Shown one piece after another: positions 37,552 to 52,546 of a stretch of 64,000 bases of DNA. The notes under the pieces are model-generated. The model searched no databases and was not told the DNA's origin. It saw nothing but the letters and a program-made list of their open reading frames with translations. A program made the position numbers and the translations under genes. Numbering within the stretch: position 1 is the stretch's first letter; each line of letters starts with the position of its first letter. This stretch comes from Antedon mediterranea (Eukaryota; Animalia; Echinodermata), in contig NC_092677.1 in NCBI RefSeq assembly GCF_964355755.1, positions 20,358,101 to 20,422,100 on the forward strand, read 5' to 3'.

Positions 37552-40500
37552 AAAAACGTTTTAGACCATTTTGAGCATTTCGAAAAAACTTTTTCACACA
37601 AAACATCAAAGTTTACAAAATAGCTTCAAATCGCATTTGGAGACGTTTTAGACCATTTTGTGATTTTCGAAAAAACTTGTTAACATAAAAACACCAAAGT
37701 GCTTAGAAAAGCTTCAAATCGCATTTGAAGACGTTTTAGACCATTTTGTTCATTTCGATGAAACTTGGTTACACAAAAACATCAAAGTGCTTAAAATCAC
37801 ATTTTGAGCATTTCGTTAAAACTTTTCACACAAAAACATCAAAGAGTAAAAAATAGCTTAATATCGTATTTAAAAACGTTTTAGACCATTTTGAGCGTTT
37901 CGAAAAAACTTTTTCACACAAAACATCAAAGTGTACAAAATAGCTTCAAATCGCATTTGGAGACGTTTTAGACAATTTTGTGATTTTCGAAAAAACTTGT
38001 TTACATAAAAACACCAAAGTGCTAAGAATAGCTTCCAATCGCATTTGGAGACGTTTTAGACCCTTTTGTGCATTTCGATGAAACTTGGTTACACAAAAAC
38101 ATCAAAGTGCTTAAAATCACATTAGAAACCGTTTTAGACCATTTTGAGCATTTCGTTAAAATTTTTCACAGAAAAACATCAAAGAGCAAAAAATAGCTTA
38201 ATATCGTATTTAAAAACGTTTTAGACCATTTTGAGCATTCCGACAAAACTTTTTCACACAAAACATCAAAGTGTACAGAATAGCTTCAAATCGCATTTGG
38301 AGACGTTTTAAACCATTTTGAGCATTTCGATAAAATTTTACACACAAAAACATCAAAGTGCACAAAATAGCTTAATATGGTATTTAAAAACGTTTTAGAC
38401 CATTTTGAGCATTTCAACAAAACTTTTTCTCACAAAACATCAAAGTGTACAGAATAGCTTCAAATCGCATTTGGAGACGTTTTAGACCATTTTGTGCATT
38501 TCGATGAAACTAGGTTACACAAAAACATCAAAGTGCTTAAAATCACATTTTGAGCATTTCGAAAAAAACTTTTCACACAAAAACATCAAAGTCCACAAAA
38601 TAGCTTAATATAGTATTTAAAAACGTTTTAGACCATTTTGAGCGTTTTGAAAAAACTTTTTCACACAAAACATCAAAGTTTACAAAATAGCTTCAAATCG
38701 CATTTGGAGACGTTTTAGACCATTTTGTGATTTTCGAAAAAACTTGTTAACATAAAAACACCAAAGTGCTCAGAATACCTTCAAATCGCATTTTGAGACG
38801 TTTTAGGCCATTTTGTGATTTTCGAAAAAACTTGTTAACATAAAAACACCAAAGTGCTTAGAAAAGCTTCAAATCGCATTTGGAGACGTTTTAGACCATT
38901 TTGTTCATTTCGATGAAACTTGGTTACACAAAAACATCAAAGAGCACAAAAGAGCTTAATATCGTATTTAAAAACGTTTTAGACCATTTTGAGCATTTCG
39001 ACAAAACTTTTTCACACAAAACATCAAAGTGTACAGAATAGCTTTAAATCGCATTTGGAGACGTTTTAGACCATTTTGTAGTTTTCGAAAAAACTTGTTA
39101 ACATAAAAACACAAAAGAGCTTTAAATCGCATTTGGAGACGTTTTAGACCCTTTTGTGCATTTCGATGAAACTTGGTTACACAAAAACATCAAAGTGGTT
39201 AAAATCACATTAGAAACCGTTTTAGACCATTTTGAGCATTTCGTTAAAACTTTTCACACAAAAACATCAAAGTCCACAAAATAGCTTAATATCGTATTTA
39301 AAAACGTTTTAGACCATTTTGAGCATTTCGAAAAAACTTTTTCACACAAAACATCAAAGTTTACAAAATAGCTTCAAATCGCATTTGGAGACGTTTTAGA
39401 CCATTTTGTGATTTTCGAAAAAACTTGTTAACATAAAAACACCAAAGTGCTCAGAATACCTTCAAATCGCATTTTGAGACGTTTTAGACCATTTTGTGAT
39501 TTTCCAAAAAACTTGTTAACATAAAAACACCAAAGTGCTCAGAATACCTTCACATCGCATTTTGAGACGTTTTAGACCATTTTGTGATTTTCGAAAAAAC
39601 TTGTTAACATAAAAACACCAAAGTGCTTAGAAAAGCTTCAAATCGCATTTGGAGACGTTTTAGACCATTTTGTGCATTTCGATGAAACTTGGTTACACAA
39701 AAACATCAAAGTGCTTAAAATCACATTTTGAGCATTTCGTTAAAACTTTTCACACAAAAACATCAAAGAGTAAAAAATAGCTTAATATCGTATTTAAAAA
39801 CGTTTTAGACCATTTTGAGCATTTCGACAAAACTTTTTCACACAAAACATCAAAGTGTACAAAATAGCTTTAAATCGCATTTGGAGACGTTTTGGACCAT
39901 TTTGTAGTTTTCGAAAAAACTTGTTAACATAAAAACACAAAAGAGCTTCAAATCGCATTTGGAGACGTTTTAGACCCTTTTGTGCATTTCGATGAAACTT
40001 GGTTACACAAAAACATCAAAGTGCTTAAAATCACATTAGAAACCGTTTTAGACCATTTTGAGCATTTCGTTAAAACTTTTCACACAAAAACATCAAAGTC
40101 CACAAAATAGCTTCATATCGTATTTAAAAACGTTTTAGACCATTTTGAGCATTTCGAAAAAACTTTTTCACACAAAACATCAAAGTTTACAAAATACCTT
40201 CAAATCGCATTTTGAGACGTTTTAGACCATTTTGTGATTTTCGAAAAAACTTGTTAACATAAAAACACCAAAGTGCTCAGAATACCTTCAAATCGTATTT
40301 TGAGACGTTTTAGACCATTTTGTGATTTTCGAAAAAACTTGTTAACATAAAAACACCAAAGTGCTTAAAAAAGCTTCAAATCGCATTTGGAGACGTTTTA
40401 GACCATTTTGTGATTTTCGATGAAACTTGGTTACACAAAAACATCAAAGTGCTTAAAATCACATTTTGAGCATTTCGTTAAAACTTTTCACACAAAAACA

Positions 40501-43500
40501 TCAAAGAGTAAAAAATAGCTTAATATCGTATTTAAAAACGTTTTAGACCATTTTGAGCATTTCGAAAAAACTTTTTCACACAAAACATCAAAGTCCACAA
40601 AATAGCTTAATATAGTATTTAAAAACGTTTTAGACCATTTTGTGCGTTTTGAAAAAACTTTTTCACACAAAACATCAAAGTTTACAAAATAGCTTCAAAT
40701 CGCATTTGGAGACGTTTTAGACCATTTTGTGATTTTCGAAAAAACTTGTTAACATAAAAACACCAAAGTGCTCAGAATACCTTCAAATCGCATTTTGAAA
40801 CGTTTTAGACCATTTTGTGATTTTCGAAAAAACTTGTTAACATAAAAACACCAAAGTGCTCAGAATACCTTCAAATCGTATTTTGAGACGTTTTAGACCA
40901 TTTTGTGATTTTCGAAAAAACTTGTTAACATAAAAACACCAAAGTGCTTAGAAAAGCTTCAAATCGCATTTGGAGACGTTTTAGACCATTTTGTTCATTT
41001 CGATGAAACTTGGTTACACAAAAACATCAAAGAGCACAAAAGATCTTAATATCGTATTTAAAAACGTTTTAGACCATTTTGAGCATTTCGAAAAAAACTT
41101 TTTCACACAAAACATCAAAGTGTACAAAATAGCTTCAAATCGCATTTGGAGACGTTTAGACAATTTTGTGATTTTCGAAAAAACTTGTTTACATAAAAAC
41201 ACCAAAGTGCTAAGAATAGCTTCCAATCGCATTTGGAGACGTTTTAGACCCTTTTGTGCATTTCGATGAAACTTGGTTACACAAAAACATCAAAGTGCTT
41301 AAAATCACATTAGAAACCATTTTAGACCATTTTGAGCATTTCGTTAAAATTTTTCACAGAAAAACATCAAAGAGCAAAAAATAGCTTAATATCGTATTTA
41401 AAAACGTTTTAGACCATTTTGAGCATTTCGACAAAACTTTTTCACACAAAACATCAAAGTGTACAGAATAGCTTCAAATCGCATTTGGAGACGTTTTAAA
41501 CCAGTTTGAGCATTTCGATAAAATTTTACACACAAAAACATCAAAGTGCACAAAATAGCTTAATATGGTATTTAAAAACGTTTTAGACCATTTTGAGCAT
41601 TTCGACAAAACTTTTTCTCACAAAACATCAAAGTGTACAGAATAGCTTCAAATCGCATTTGGAGACGTTTTAGACCATTTTGTGCATTTCGATGAAACTT
41701 GGTTACACAAAAACATCAAAGTGCTTAAAATCACATTTTGAGCATTTCGTTAAAACTTTTCACACAAAAACATCAAAGTCCACAAAATAGCTTAATATAG
41801 TATTTAAAAACGTTTTAGACCATTTTGAGCGTTTCGAAAAAACTTTTTCACACAAAACATCAAAGTTTACAAAATAGCTTCAAATCGCATTTGGAGACGT
41901 TTTAGACCATTTTGTGATTTTCGAAAAAACTTGTTAACATAAAAACACCAAAGTGCTCAGAATATCTTCAAATCGCATTTTGAGACGTTTTAGACCATTT
42001 TGTGATTTTCGAAAAAACTTGTTAACATAAAAACACCAAAGTGCTTAGAAAAGCTTCAAATCGCATTTGGAGACGTTTTAGACCATTTTGTTCATTTCGA
42101 TGAAACTTAGTTACACAAAAACATCAAAGAGCACAAAAGAGATATAATATCGTATTTAAAAACGTTTTAGACCATTTTGAGCATTTCGACAAAACTTTTT
42201 CACACAAAACATCAAAGTGTACAGAATAGCTTTAAATCGCATTTGGAGACGTTTTAGACCATTTTGTAGTTTTCGAAAAAACTTGTTAACATAAAAACAC
42301 AAAAGAGCTAAGAATAGCTTCAAATCGCATTTGGAGACGTTTTAGACCCTTTTGTGCATTTCGATGAAACTTGGTTACACAAAAACATCAAAGTGCTTAA
42401 AATCACATTAGAAACCGTTTTAGACCATTTTGAGCATTTCGTTAAAACTTTTCACACAAAAACATCAAAGTCCACAAAATAGCTTAATATCGTATTTAAA
42501 AACGTTTTAGACCATTTTGAGCATTTCGAAAAAACTTTTTCACACAAAACATCAAAGTTTACAAAATAGCTTCAAATCGCATTTGGAGACGTTTTAGACC
42601 ATTTTGTGATTTTCGAAAAAACTTGTTAACATAAAAACACCAAAGTGCTCAGAATACCTTCAAATCACATTTTGAGACGTTTTAGACCATTTTGTGATTT
42701 TCGAAAAAACTTGTTAACATAAAAACACCAAAGTGCTTAGAAAAGCTTCAAATCGCATTTGGAGACGTTTTAGACCATTTTGTGCATTTCGATGAAACTT
42801 GGTTACACAAAAACATCAAAGTGCTTAAAATCACATTTTGAGCATTTCGTTAAAACTTTTCACACAAAAACATCAAAGAGCAAAAAATAGCTTAATATCG
42901 TATTTAAAAACGTTTTAGACCATTTTGAGCATTTCGACAAAACTTTTTCACACAAAACATCAAAGTTTACAAAAAAGCTTCAAATCGCATTTGGAGACGT
43001 TTTAGACCATTTTGTGATTTTCGAAAAAACTTGTTAACATAAAAACACCAAAGTGCTTAGAAAGGCTTCAAATCGCATTTGGATACGTTTTAGACCATTT
43101 TGTTCATTTCGATGAAACTTGGTTACACAAAAACATCAAAGAGCACAAAAGTATTTAAAAACGTTTTACACCATTTTGAGCATTCCGACAAAACTTTTTC
43201 ACACAAAACATCAAAGTGTACAGAATAGCTTTAAATCGCATTTGGAGACGTTTTAGACCATTTTGTAGTTTTCGAAAAAACTTGTTAACATAAAAACACA
43301 AAAGAGCTTCAAATCGCATTTGGAGACGTTTTAGACCCTTTTGTGCATTTCGATGAAACTTGGTTACACAAAAACATCAAAGTGCTTAAAATCACATTAG
43401 AAACCGTTTTAGACCATTTTGAGCATTTCGTTAAAACTTTTCACACAAAAACATCAAAGTCCACAAAATAGCTTAATATCGTATTTAAAAACGTTTTAGA

Positions 43501-46500
43501 CCATTTTGAGCATTTCGAAAAAACTTTTTCACACAAAACATCAAAGTTTACAAAATAGCTTCAAATCGCATTTGGAGACGTTTTAGACCATTTTGTGATT
43601 TTCGAAAAAACTTGTTAACATAAAAACACCAAAGTGCTCAGAATACCTTCACATCGCATTTTGAGACGTTTTAGACCATTTTGTGATTTTCGAAAAAACT
43701 TGTTAACATAAAAACTCCAATGTGCTTAGAAAAGCTTCAAATTGCATTTGGAGACGTTTTAGACCATTTTGTGCATTTCGATGAAACTTAGTTACACAAA
43801 AACATCAAAAAGCACAAAAGAGCTTAATATCGTATTTAAAAACGTTTTAGACCATTTTGAGCATTTCGAAAAAACTTTTTCACACAAAACATCAAAGTTT
43901 ACAAAATAGCTTCAAATCGCATTTGGAGACGTTTTAGACCATTTTGTGATTTTCGAAAAAACTTGTTAACATAAAAACACCAAAGTGCTCAGAATACCTT
44001 CAAATCGTATTTTGAGACGTTTTAGACCATTTTGTGATTTTCGAAAAAACTTGTTAACATAAAAACACCAAAGTGCTTAGAAAAGCTTCAAATCGCATTT
44101 GGAGACGTTTTAGACAATTTTGTGCATTTCGATGAAACTTGGTTACACAAAAACATCAAAGAGCACAAAAGAGCTTAATATCGTATTTAAAAACGTTTTA
44201 GACCATTTTGAGCATTTCGACAAAACTTTTTCACACAAAACATCAAAGTCCACAAAATAGCTTAATATCGTATTTAAAAACGTTTTAGACCATTTTGAGC
44301 ATTTAGAAAAAACTTTTTCACACAAAACATTAAAGTTTACAAAATAGCTTCAAATCGCATTTGGAGACGTTTTAGACCATTTTGTGATTTTCGAAAAAAC
44401 TTGTTAACATAAAAACACCAAAGTGCTCAGAATACCTTCAAATCGCATTTTGAGACGTTTTAGACCATTTTGTGATTTTCGAAAAAACTTGTTAACATAA
44501 AAACACCAAAGTGCTTAGAAAAGCTTCAAATCGCATTTGGAGACGTTTTAGACCATTTTGAGCATTTCGATAAAATTTTACACACAAAAACATCAAAGAT
44601 TTCGATGAAACTTGGTTACACAAAAACATCAAAGAGCACAAAAGAGCTTAATATCGTATTTAAAAACGTTTGAGACCATTTTGAGCATTTCGACAAAACT
44701 TTTTCACACAAAACATCAAAGTGTACAGAATAGCTTTAAATCGCATTTGGAGACGTTTTAGACCATTTTGTAGTTTTCGAAAAAACTTGTTAACATAAAA
44801 ACACAAAAGAGCTAAGAATAGCTTCAAATCGCATTTTTAGACGTTTTAGACCCTTTTGTGCATTTCGATGAAACTTGGTCACACAAAAACATCAAAGTGC
44901 TTAAAATCACATTAGAAACCGTTTTAGACCATTTTGAGCATTTCGAAAAAACTTTTTCACACAAAACATCAAAGTTTACAAAATAGCTTCAAATCACATT
45001 TGGAGACGTTCTAGACCATTTTGTGATTTTCAAAAAAACTTGTTAACATAAAAACACCAAAGTGCTCAGAATACCTTCAAATCACATTTGGAGACGTTTT
45101 AGACCCTTTTGTGCATTTCGATTAAACTTGGTTACACAAAAACATCAAAGTGCTTAAAATCACATTAGAAACCGTTTTAGACCATTTTGAGCATTTCGTT
45201 AAAACTTTTCACACAAAAACATCAAAGTCCACAAAATAGCTTAATATCGTATTTAAAAACGTTTTAGACCATTTTGAGCATTTCGAAAAAACTTTTTCAC
45301 ACAAAACATCAAAGTGTACAGAAAAGCTTCAAATAGCATTTGGAGACGTTTTAGACCATTTTGTTCATTTCGATGAAACTTGGTTACACAAAAACATCAA
45401 AGAGCACAAAAGAGCTTAATATCGTATTTAAAAACGTTTTAGACCATTTTGAACGTTTCGAGAAAACTTTTTCACACAAAACTTCAAAGTGTACAGAATA
45501 GCTTCAAATCGCATTAGAAACCGTTTTAGACCATTTTGAGCATTTCGAAAAAACTTTTTCACACAAAACATGACATCAAAGTTTACAAAATAGCTTCAAA
45601 TCGCATTTGGAGACGTTTTAGACCATTTAGTGATTTTCGAAAAAACTTGTTAACATAAAAACACCAAAGTGCTCAGAATACCTTCAAATCGTATTTTGAG
45701 ACGTTTTAGACCATTTTGTGATTTTCGAAAAAACTTGTTGACATAAAAACACCAAAGTGCTCAGAATACCTTCAAATCGTGTTTTGAGACGTTTTAGACC
45801 ATTTTGTGATTTTCGAAAAAACTTGTTAACATAAAAACACCAAAGTGCTTAGAAAAGCTTCAAATCGCATTTGGAGACGTTTTAGACCATTTTGTTCATT
45901 TCGATGAAACTTGGTTACACAAAAACATCAAAGAGCACAAAAGATCTTAATATCGTATTTAAAAACGTTTTAGACCATTTTGAGCATTTCGAAAAAACTT
46001 TTTCACACAAAACATCAAAGTGTACAAAATAGCTTCAAATCGCATTTGGAGACGTTTTAGACAATTTTGTGATTTTCGAAAAAACTTGTTTACATAAAAA
46101 CACCAAAGTGCTTAGAAAAGCTTCAAATCGCATTTGGAGACGTTTTAAACCATTTTGTTCATTTCGATGAAACTTGGTTACACAAAAACATCAAAGAGCA
46201 CAAAAGTATTTAAAAACGTTTTAGACCATTTTGAGCATTCCGACAAAACTTTTTCACACAAAACATCAAAGTGTACAGAATAGCTTTAAATCGCATTTGG
46301 AGACGTTTTAGACCATTTTGTATTTTTCGAAAAAACTTGTTAACATAAAAACACAAAAGAACTTCAAATCGCATTTGGAGACGTTTTAGACCCTTTTGTG
46401 CATTTCGATGAAACTTGGTTACACAAAAACATCAAAGTGCTTAAAATCACATTAGAAACCGTTTTAGACCATTTTGAGCATTTCGTTAAAACTTTACACA

Positions 46501-49500
46501 CAAAAACATCAAAGTCCACAAAATAGCTTAATATCGTATTTAAAAACGTTTTAGACCATTTTGAGCATTTCGAAAAAACTTTTTCACACAAAACATCAAA
46601 GTTTATAAAATAGCTTCAAATCGCATTTGGAGACGTTTTAGACCATTTTGTGATTTTCGAAAAAACTTGTTAACATAAAAACACCAAAGTGCTCAGAATA
46701 CCTTCAAATCGCATTTTGAGACGTTTTAGACCATTTTGTGATTTTCGAAAAAACTTAACATAAAAACACCAAAGTGCTCAGAATACCTTCAAATCGCATT
46801 TGGAGACGTTTTAGACCATTTTGTGATTTTCGAAAAAACTTGTTAACATAAAAACACCAAAGTGCTCAGAATACCTTCAAATCGTATTTTGAGACGTTTT
46901 AGACAATTTTGTGATTTTCGAAAAAAACTTGTTAACATAAAAACACCAAAGTGCTTAGAAAAGCTTCAAATCGCATTTGGAGACGTTTTAGACCATTTTG
47001 TGCATTTCGATGAAACTTGGTTACACAAAAACATCAAAGTGTACAGAATAGCTTCAAATCGCATTAGAAACCGTTTTAGACCATTTTGAGCATTTCGAAA
47101 AAACTTTTTCACACAAAACATCAAAGTGTACAAAATAGCTTCAAATCGCATTTGGAGACGTTTTAGACAATTTTGTGATTTTCGAAAAAACTTGTTTACA
47201 TAAAAACACCAAAGTGCTAAGAATAGCTTCCAATCGCATTTGGAGACGTTTTAGACCCTTTTGTGCATTTCGATGAAACTTGGTTACACAAAAACATCAA
47301 AGTGCTTAAAATCACATTAGAAACCGTTTTAGACCATTTTGAGCATTTCGTTGAAATTTTTCACAGAAAAACATCAAAGAGCAAAAAATAGCTTAATATC
47401 GTATTTAAAAACGTTTTAGACCATTTTGAGCATTTCGACAAAATTTTTTCACACAAAACATCAAAGTGTACAGAATAGCTTCAAATCGCATTTGGAGACG
47501 TTTTAAACCATTTTGAGCATTTCGATAAAATTTTACACACAAAAACATCAAAGTGCACAAAATAGCTTAATATGGTATTTAAAAACGTTTTAGACCATTT
47601 TGAGCATTTCAACAAAACTTTTTCTCACAAAACATCAAAGTGTACAGAATAGCTTCAAATCGCATTTGGAGACGTTTTAGACCATTTTGTGCATTTCGAT
47701 GAAACTTGGTTACACAAAAACATCAAAGTGCTTAAAATCACATTTTGAGCATTTCGTTAAAACTTTTCACACAAAAACATCAAAGTCCACAAAATAGCTT
47801 AATATCGTATTTAAAAACGTTTTAGACCATTTTGAGCATTTCGAAAAAACTTTTTCACACAAAACATCAAAGTTTACAAAATAGCTTCAAATCGCATTTG
47901 GAGACGTTTTAGACCATTTTGTGATTTTCGAAAAAACTTGTTAACATAAAAACACCAAAGTGCTCAGAATACCTTCAAATCGCATTTGGAGACGTTTTAG
48001 ACCATTTTGTGATTTTCGAAAAAACTTGTTAACATAAAAACACCAAAGTGCTTAGAAAAGCTTCAAATCGCATTTGGAGACGTTTTAGACCATTTTGTGC
48101 ATTTCGATGAAACTTGGTTACACAAAAACATCAAAGTGCTTAAAATCACATTTTGAGCATTTCGTTAAAACTTTTCACACAAAAACATCAAAGAGCAAAA
48201 AATAGCTTAATATCGTATTTAAAAACGTTTTAGACCATTTTGAGCATTTCGACAAAACTTTTTCACACAAAACATCAAAGTTTACAAAATAGCTTCAAAT
48301 CGCATTTGGAGACGTTTTAGACCATTTTTTGATTTTCGAAAAAACTTGTTAACATAAAAACACCAAAGTGCTTAGAAAAGCTTCAAATCGCATTTGGAGA
48401 CGTTTTAGACCATTTTGTTCATTTCGATGAAACTTGGTTACACAAAAACATCAAAGAGCACAAAAGATCTTAATATCGTATTTAAAAACGTTTTAGACCA
48501 TTTTGAGCATTTCGAAAAAACTTTTTCACACAAAACATCAAAGTGTACAAAATAGCTTCAAATCGCATTTGGAGACGTTTTAGACAATTTTGTGATTTTC
48601 GAAAAAACTTGTTTACATAAAAACACCAAAGTGCTCAGAATACCTTCAAATCGCATTTGGAGACGTTTTAGACCATTTTGTGATTTTCGAAAAAACTTGT
48701 TAACATAAAAACACCAAAGTGCTTAGAAAAGCTTCAAATCGCATTTGGAGACGTTTTAGACCATTTTGTGCATTTCGATGAAACTTGGTTACACAAAAAC
48801 ATCAAAGTGCTTAAAATCACATTTTGAGCATTTCGTTAAAACTTTTCACACAAAAACATCAAAGAGCAAAAAATAGCTTAATATCGTATTTAAAAACGTT
48901 TTAGACCATTTTGAGCATTTCGACAAAACTTTTTCACACAAAACATCAAAGTTTACAAAATAGCTTCAAATCGCATTTGGAGACGTTTTAGACCATTTTT
49001 TGATTTTCGAAAAAACTTGTTTACATAAAAACACCAAAGTGCTTAGAAAAGCTTCAAATCGCATTTGGAGACGTTTTAGACCATTTTGTTCATTTCGATG
49101 AAACTTGGTTACACAAAAACATCAAAGAGCACAAAAGAGCTTAATATCGTATTTAAAAACGTTTTAGACCATTTTGAGCATTTCGACAAAACTTTTTCAC
49201 ACAAAACATCAAAGTGTACAGAATAGCTTTAAATCGCATTTTGAGACGTTTTAGACCATTTTGGGATTTTCGAAAAAACTTGTTAACATAAAAACACCAA
49301 AGTGCTCAGAATACCTTCAAATCGCATTTGGAGACGTTTTAGACCCTTTTGTGCATTTCGATGAAACTTGGTTACACAAAAACATCAAAGTGCTTAAAAT
49401 CACATTAGAAACCGTTTTAGACCATTTTGCGCATTTCGTTAAAACTTTTCACACAAAAACATCAAAGTCCACAAAATAGCTTAATATCGTATTTAAAAAC

Positions 49501-50250
49501 GTTTTAGACCATTTTGAGCATTTCGAAAAAACTTTTTCACACAAAACATCAAAGTTTACAAAATAGCTTCAAATCGCATTTGGAGACGTTTTAGACCATT
49601 TTGTGATTTTCGAAAAAACTTGTTAACATAAAAACACCAAAGTGCTCAGAATACCTTCAAATCGCATTTGGAGACGTTTTAGACCATTTTGTGATTTTTG
49701 AAAAAACTTGTTAACATAACACAGCTGTTCCAGAAATATGAATTAAGTGTAGCGCCCCCAACGTTTCATAGCGTTTTATGGAGTAGCGATTCCGAAAACA
49801 TATTGTATACGAACCCCATGAGGAATCCGGAAGCAATCAAGCATAAAACGACTGTTTTTTAATAGCCAATAAAAACAAATAAAGACCGCGAAAGTCAGAA
49901 AAATAATGAATATTCATTAGAACAACCCTGGATGAAGGTGAAAAACATGTTGTCGTCGTTTTATCACGTGGATTTTAAGAGGTAATGTAATTGAAAATTG
50001 TACACCCAACGCCAGTTTTTTTCTCAAGCGATACATTTAAAAAGTAGGTATAAATGTTGTTTTCCATATCAGTTTAAAAATAATTTTTTCTGTTGAATTC
50101 TTTGATTTAGTTGGATACTTTAGTTATCCTTGAATGTTTTAACAAGGATCGTATTCATATTGCCTGGCTGGATTTTTTCCTATGCTAGCTTATAATAGGC
50201 TATGCCCAGGCCCCATTGCGTGGTTAAAACCAGCTGTGTAAGACTAATGG

Positions 50251-51182
50251 CTGTTTATTTTTAACACGTAAACATGTATATTCGGAGGGCCTGAGTGACA
50301 GTTGACCTGTTATAAAGCTGATTAATTACTTGTTCCTGGTCCTAATTAAAAATTAGGCCTAGTCTAGCCCCAAGCTTTTTTAATAATCATTCATATTGGG
50401 AGAGGAGTACAGAGTAGGCCAGGCTACAGGCCTAGCCTAGTAGCCTAGCTAGGCCTATATAATAGGCTAGGCTACATCATCAGCAGGTTAAAGGCTAGCA
50501 GCCTACCTAGCATGTCTTAGTCAAAGATCTGTAATATATTAATAGAAAGAAGATATAGAGTACTGTGACATTAGATATTTAATCATAAATGCATATTTCT
50601 TTCATATTTGTATTGACTATTGTATATTTATTATTTTGATATGCAATCACAATCTAAATCAGTAAATAACATCAATTTCCGTTATCAATCAATAATTATT
50701 AATATATAAACCAAATTAAAATAAAATAACTGTTTATTTTTAACACGTCAACATGTCTATTCGGGGGCCTGAGTGACAGTTGACCTGTTATAAAGCTGAT
50801 TAATTACTTGTTCCTGGTCCTAATTAAAAATTAGGCCTAGCCTAGGCCTAAGCTTTTTTAATAATCATTCATATTGGGAGAGAGGAGTACAGAGTAGGCC
50901 AGGTTACAGGCCTAGCCTAGCTAGGCCTATACTATATATATGCTAGGCTACATCATCAGCAGGTTAAAGACTAGCAGCCTACCTAGCATGTCTTAGTCAA
51001 AGATCTGTAATATATTAATAGAAAGAAGCTATAGAGTACTGTGACATTAGATATTTAATTATAAATGCATATTTCTTTCATATTTGTATTGTATTATATA
51101 TGCAATCACAATCTAAATCACTAAATAACATCAATTTCCGTTATCAATCAATAATATATATAAACCAAATTAAAATAAAATA
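50251..51182. repeat. Internal tandem duplication (~479-bp period) in the transposon
   Basis: CTGTTTATTTTTAACACGT at 50251 and 50730; both copies end CCAAATTAAAATAAAATA. Confidence 0.92.
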
Positions 51183-51389
51183 GCTTCCAAAAAATTAAAT
51201 TCATTTACAATTCATATACCATTTGTTAAATATTTACAAAATCATTGTTCTAGCAATAACACAAAAAAATACTACCATTCATACAGTATACTGTACATAA
51301 TAATATGCAATACTGTAACAATTAACTGAGAAATAGCAAACTATTCCTCAACTTTTCTCCACTTAGTTACTTCATGCTGGATCTCAGGT

Positions 51390-52546
51390 GAAATAAACGT
51401 CAGATGTGACTTCATGATTTCCCACAAAACTTTTTCCATGGTACTGCTGTCGAGGAATTAATTTTTTCTAAATACCTCGTCCATTTTTGTACATAGAGGT
51501 CCAGTTTCAAATCTCTTGGTTCATAGTAGTTCACTATATAAAATATATAAAAGAAATATGGCATTAATTTTTATAGTATTTGCATGTTTTAGACAAAATT
51601 TTAAAGGTGTATAATGTAGGACTGACCAAGTCTTTGACCTCTTGTTCTTTTAGATTTAGTCTGTGGCCAGTCTCTGCAATCTTACTATGCTGTTTTGTCA
51701 CAAGTGACACTGAGAGTTCATTTCTTAAATGCTCAAGATTCTCTTCTAAAGACTGGATTTTAATCATTGTACTTTGTAGCATGTCGATGTGCTGCAGCTT
51801 CTGATTTTCTCTTTCTGCTAGATGATCACCTGAGATTAAACAATATTGGTCAACCAAATAAACGTCAATCTGCATAAAAAATGAGCATCAAAATTATTAT
51901 ATTTAAAAAATGTTAACAACTATTTCTTGTAGCAGATAATGATATGGATAATTCATAGGAAAATAAGTTCCAGCCAAAGGTTTGCTTTATTATGCATAAA
52001 AACAGGATAAACAATTTTGAAATTCTATGCTCAAAGGGACAATGTATATTTAAAGAGCAACTTGACCAATTGAGTTATTATGTAATGTCAATGTAAAGTT
52101 GAAACAACATTTGAATTTACCAGTCAAGATGTCAGCATCCTGTCGCATGTTGAATATTATAACATATTGACACCTGGAAAAATAGTTGATTGAGGAAATA
52201 TTTAATAAAGAAAAGAGGTATATTTATAAATTACTGTAACAATTGTTTGTTTCGACAGTTATTTTATACTAACATTGTTCTTTAATATGAAGTACAAACA
52301 CACATTTCATTGTTTGGAGTGTGTATTAAACTTTTTAAAGAGGTGGTTATGATTATTTACCTATCCTGTTTAATTCAATGTCTACCAGGTATGGCCTAAC
52401 AACGCTGTGCGATATTGTTTTGCTTCTTTTTTTCACTGCCATGGTCTACAAAAGACTTGTAGGCCTTGATATATCTACAGGCTTGAGGAACATTGTTGGT
52501 TCTGATGTCATCTTGATTACAAAAACAATAGATGCAACTGTACTTT
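51390..52546 (-). pseudogene. Intron-split, frameshifted transposase fragments
   Basis: Putative exons: ~52546-52361 KYSCIYCFCNQDDI...FVDHGSEKK/AKQY/SVVRPYLVDIELNR; a short piece ~52173-52121; ~51869-51626 coiled coil IDVYLVDQ...KEQEVKDL; ~51533-51390 GPLCTKMDEV/IPRQQYHGKSFVGNH. AG/GT boundaries are visible. Confidence 0.7.

Noticed and set aside
36677-37601. ORFs with TDRQ / SVCL repeats
   Set aside because: Translations of the (GACA/GACC)n microsatellite in the HINE.
50340-50960. Clusters of TAGGCCTAG/CTAG palindromes as a specific regulatory array
   Set aside because: The same low-complexity motif is scattered through unrelated elements (31130, 34730, 52680) with no fixed spacing.
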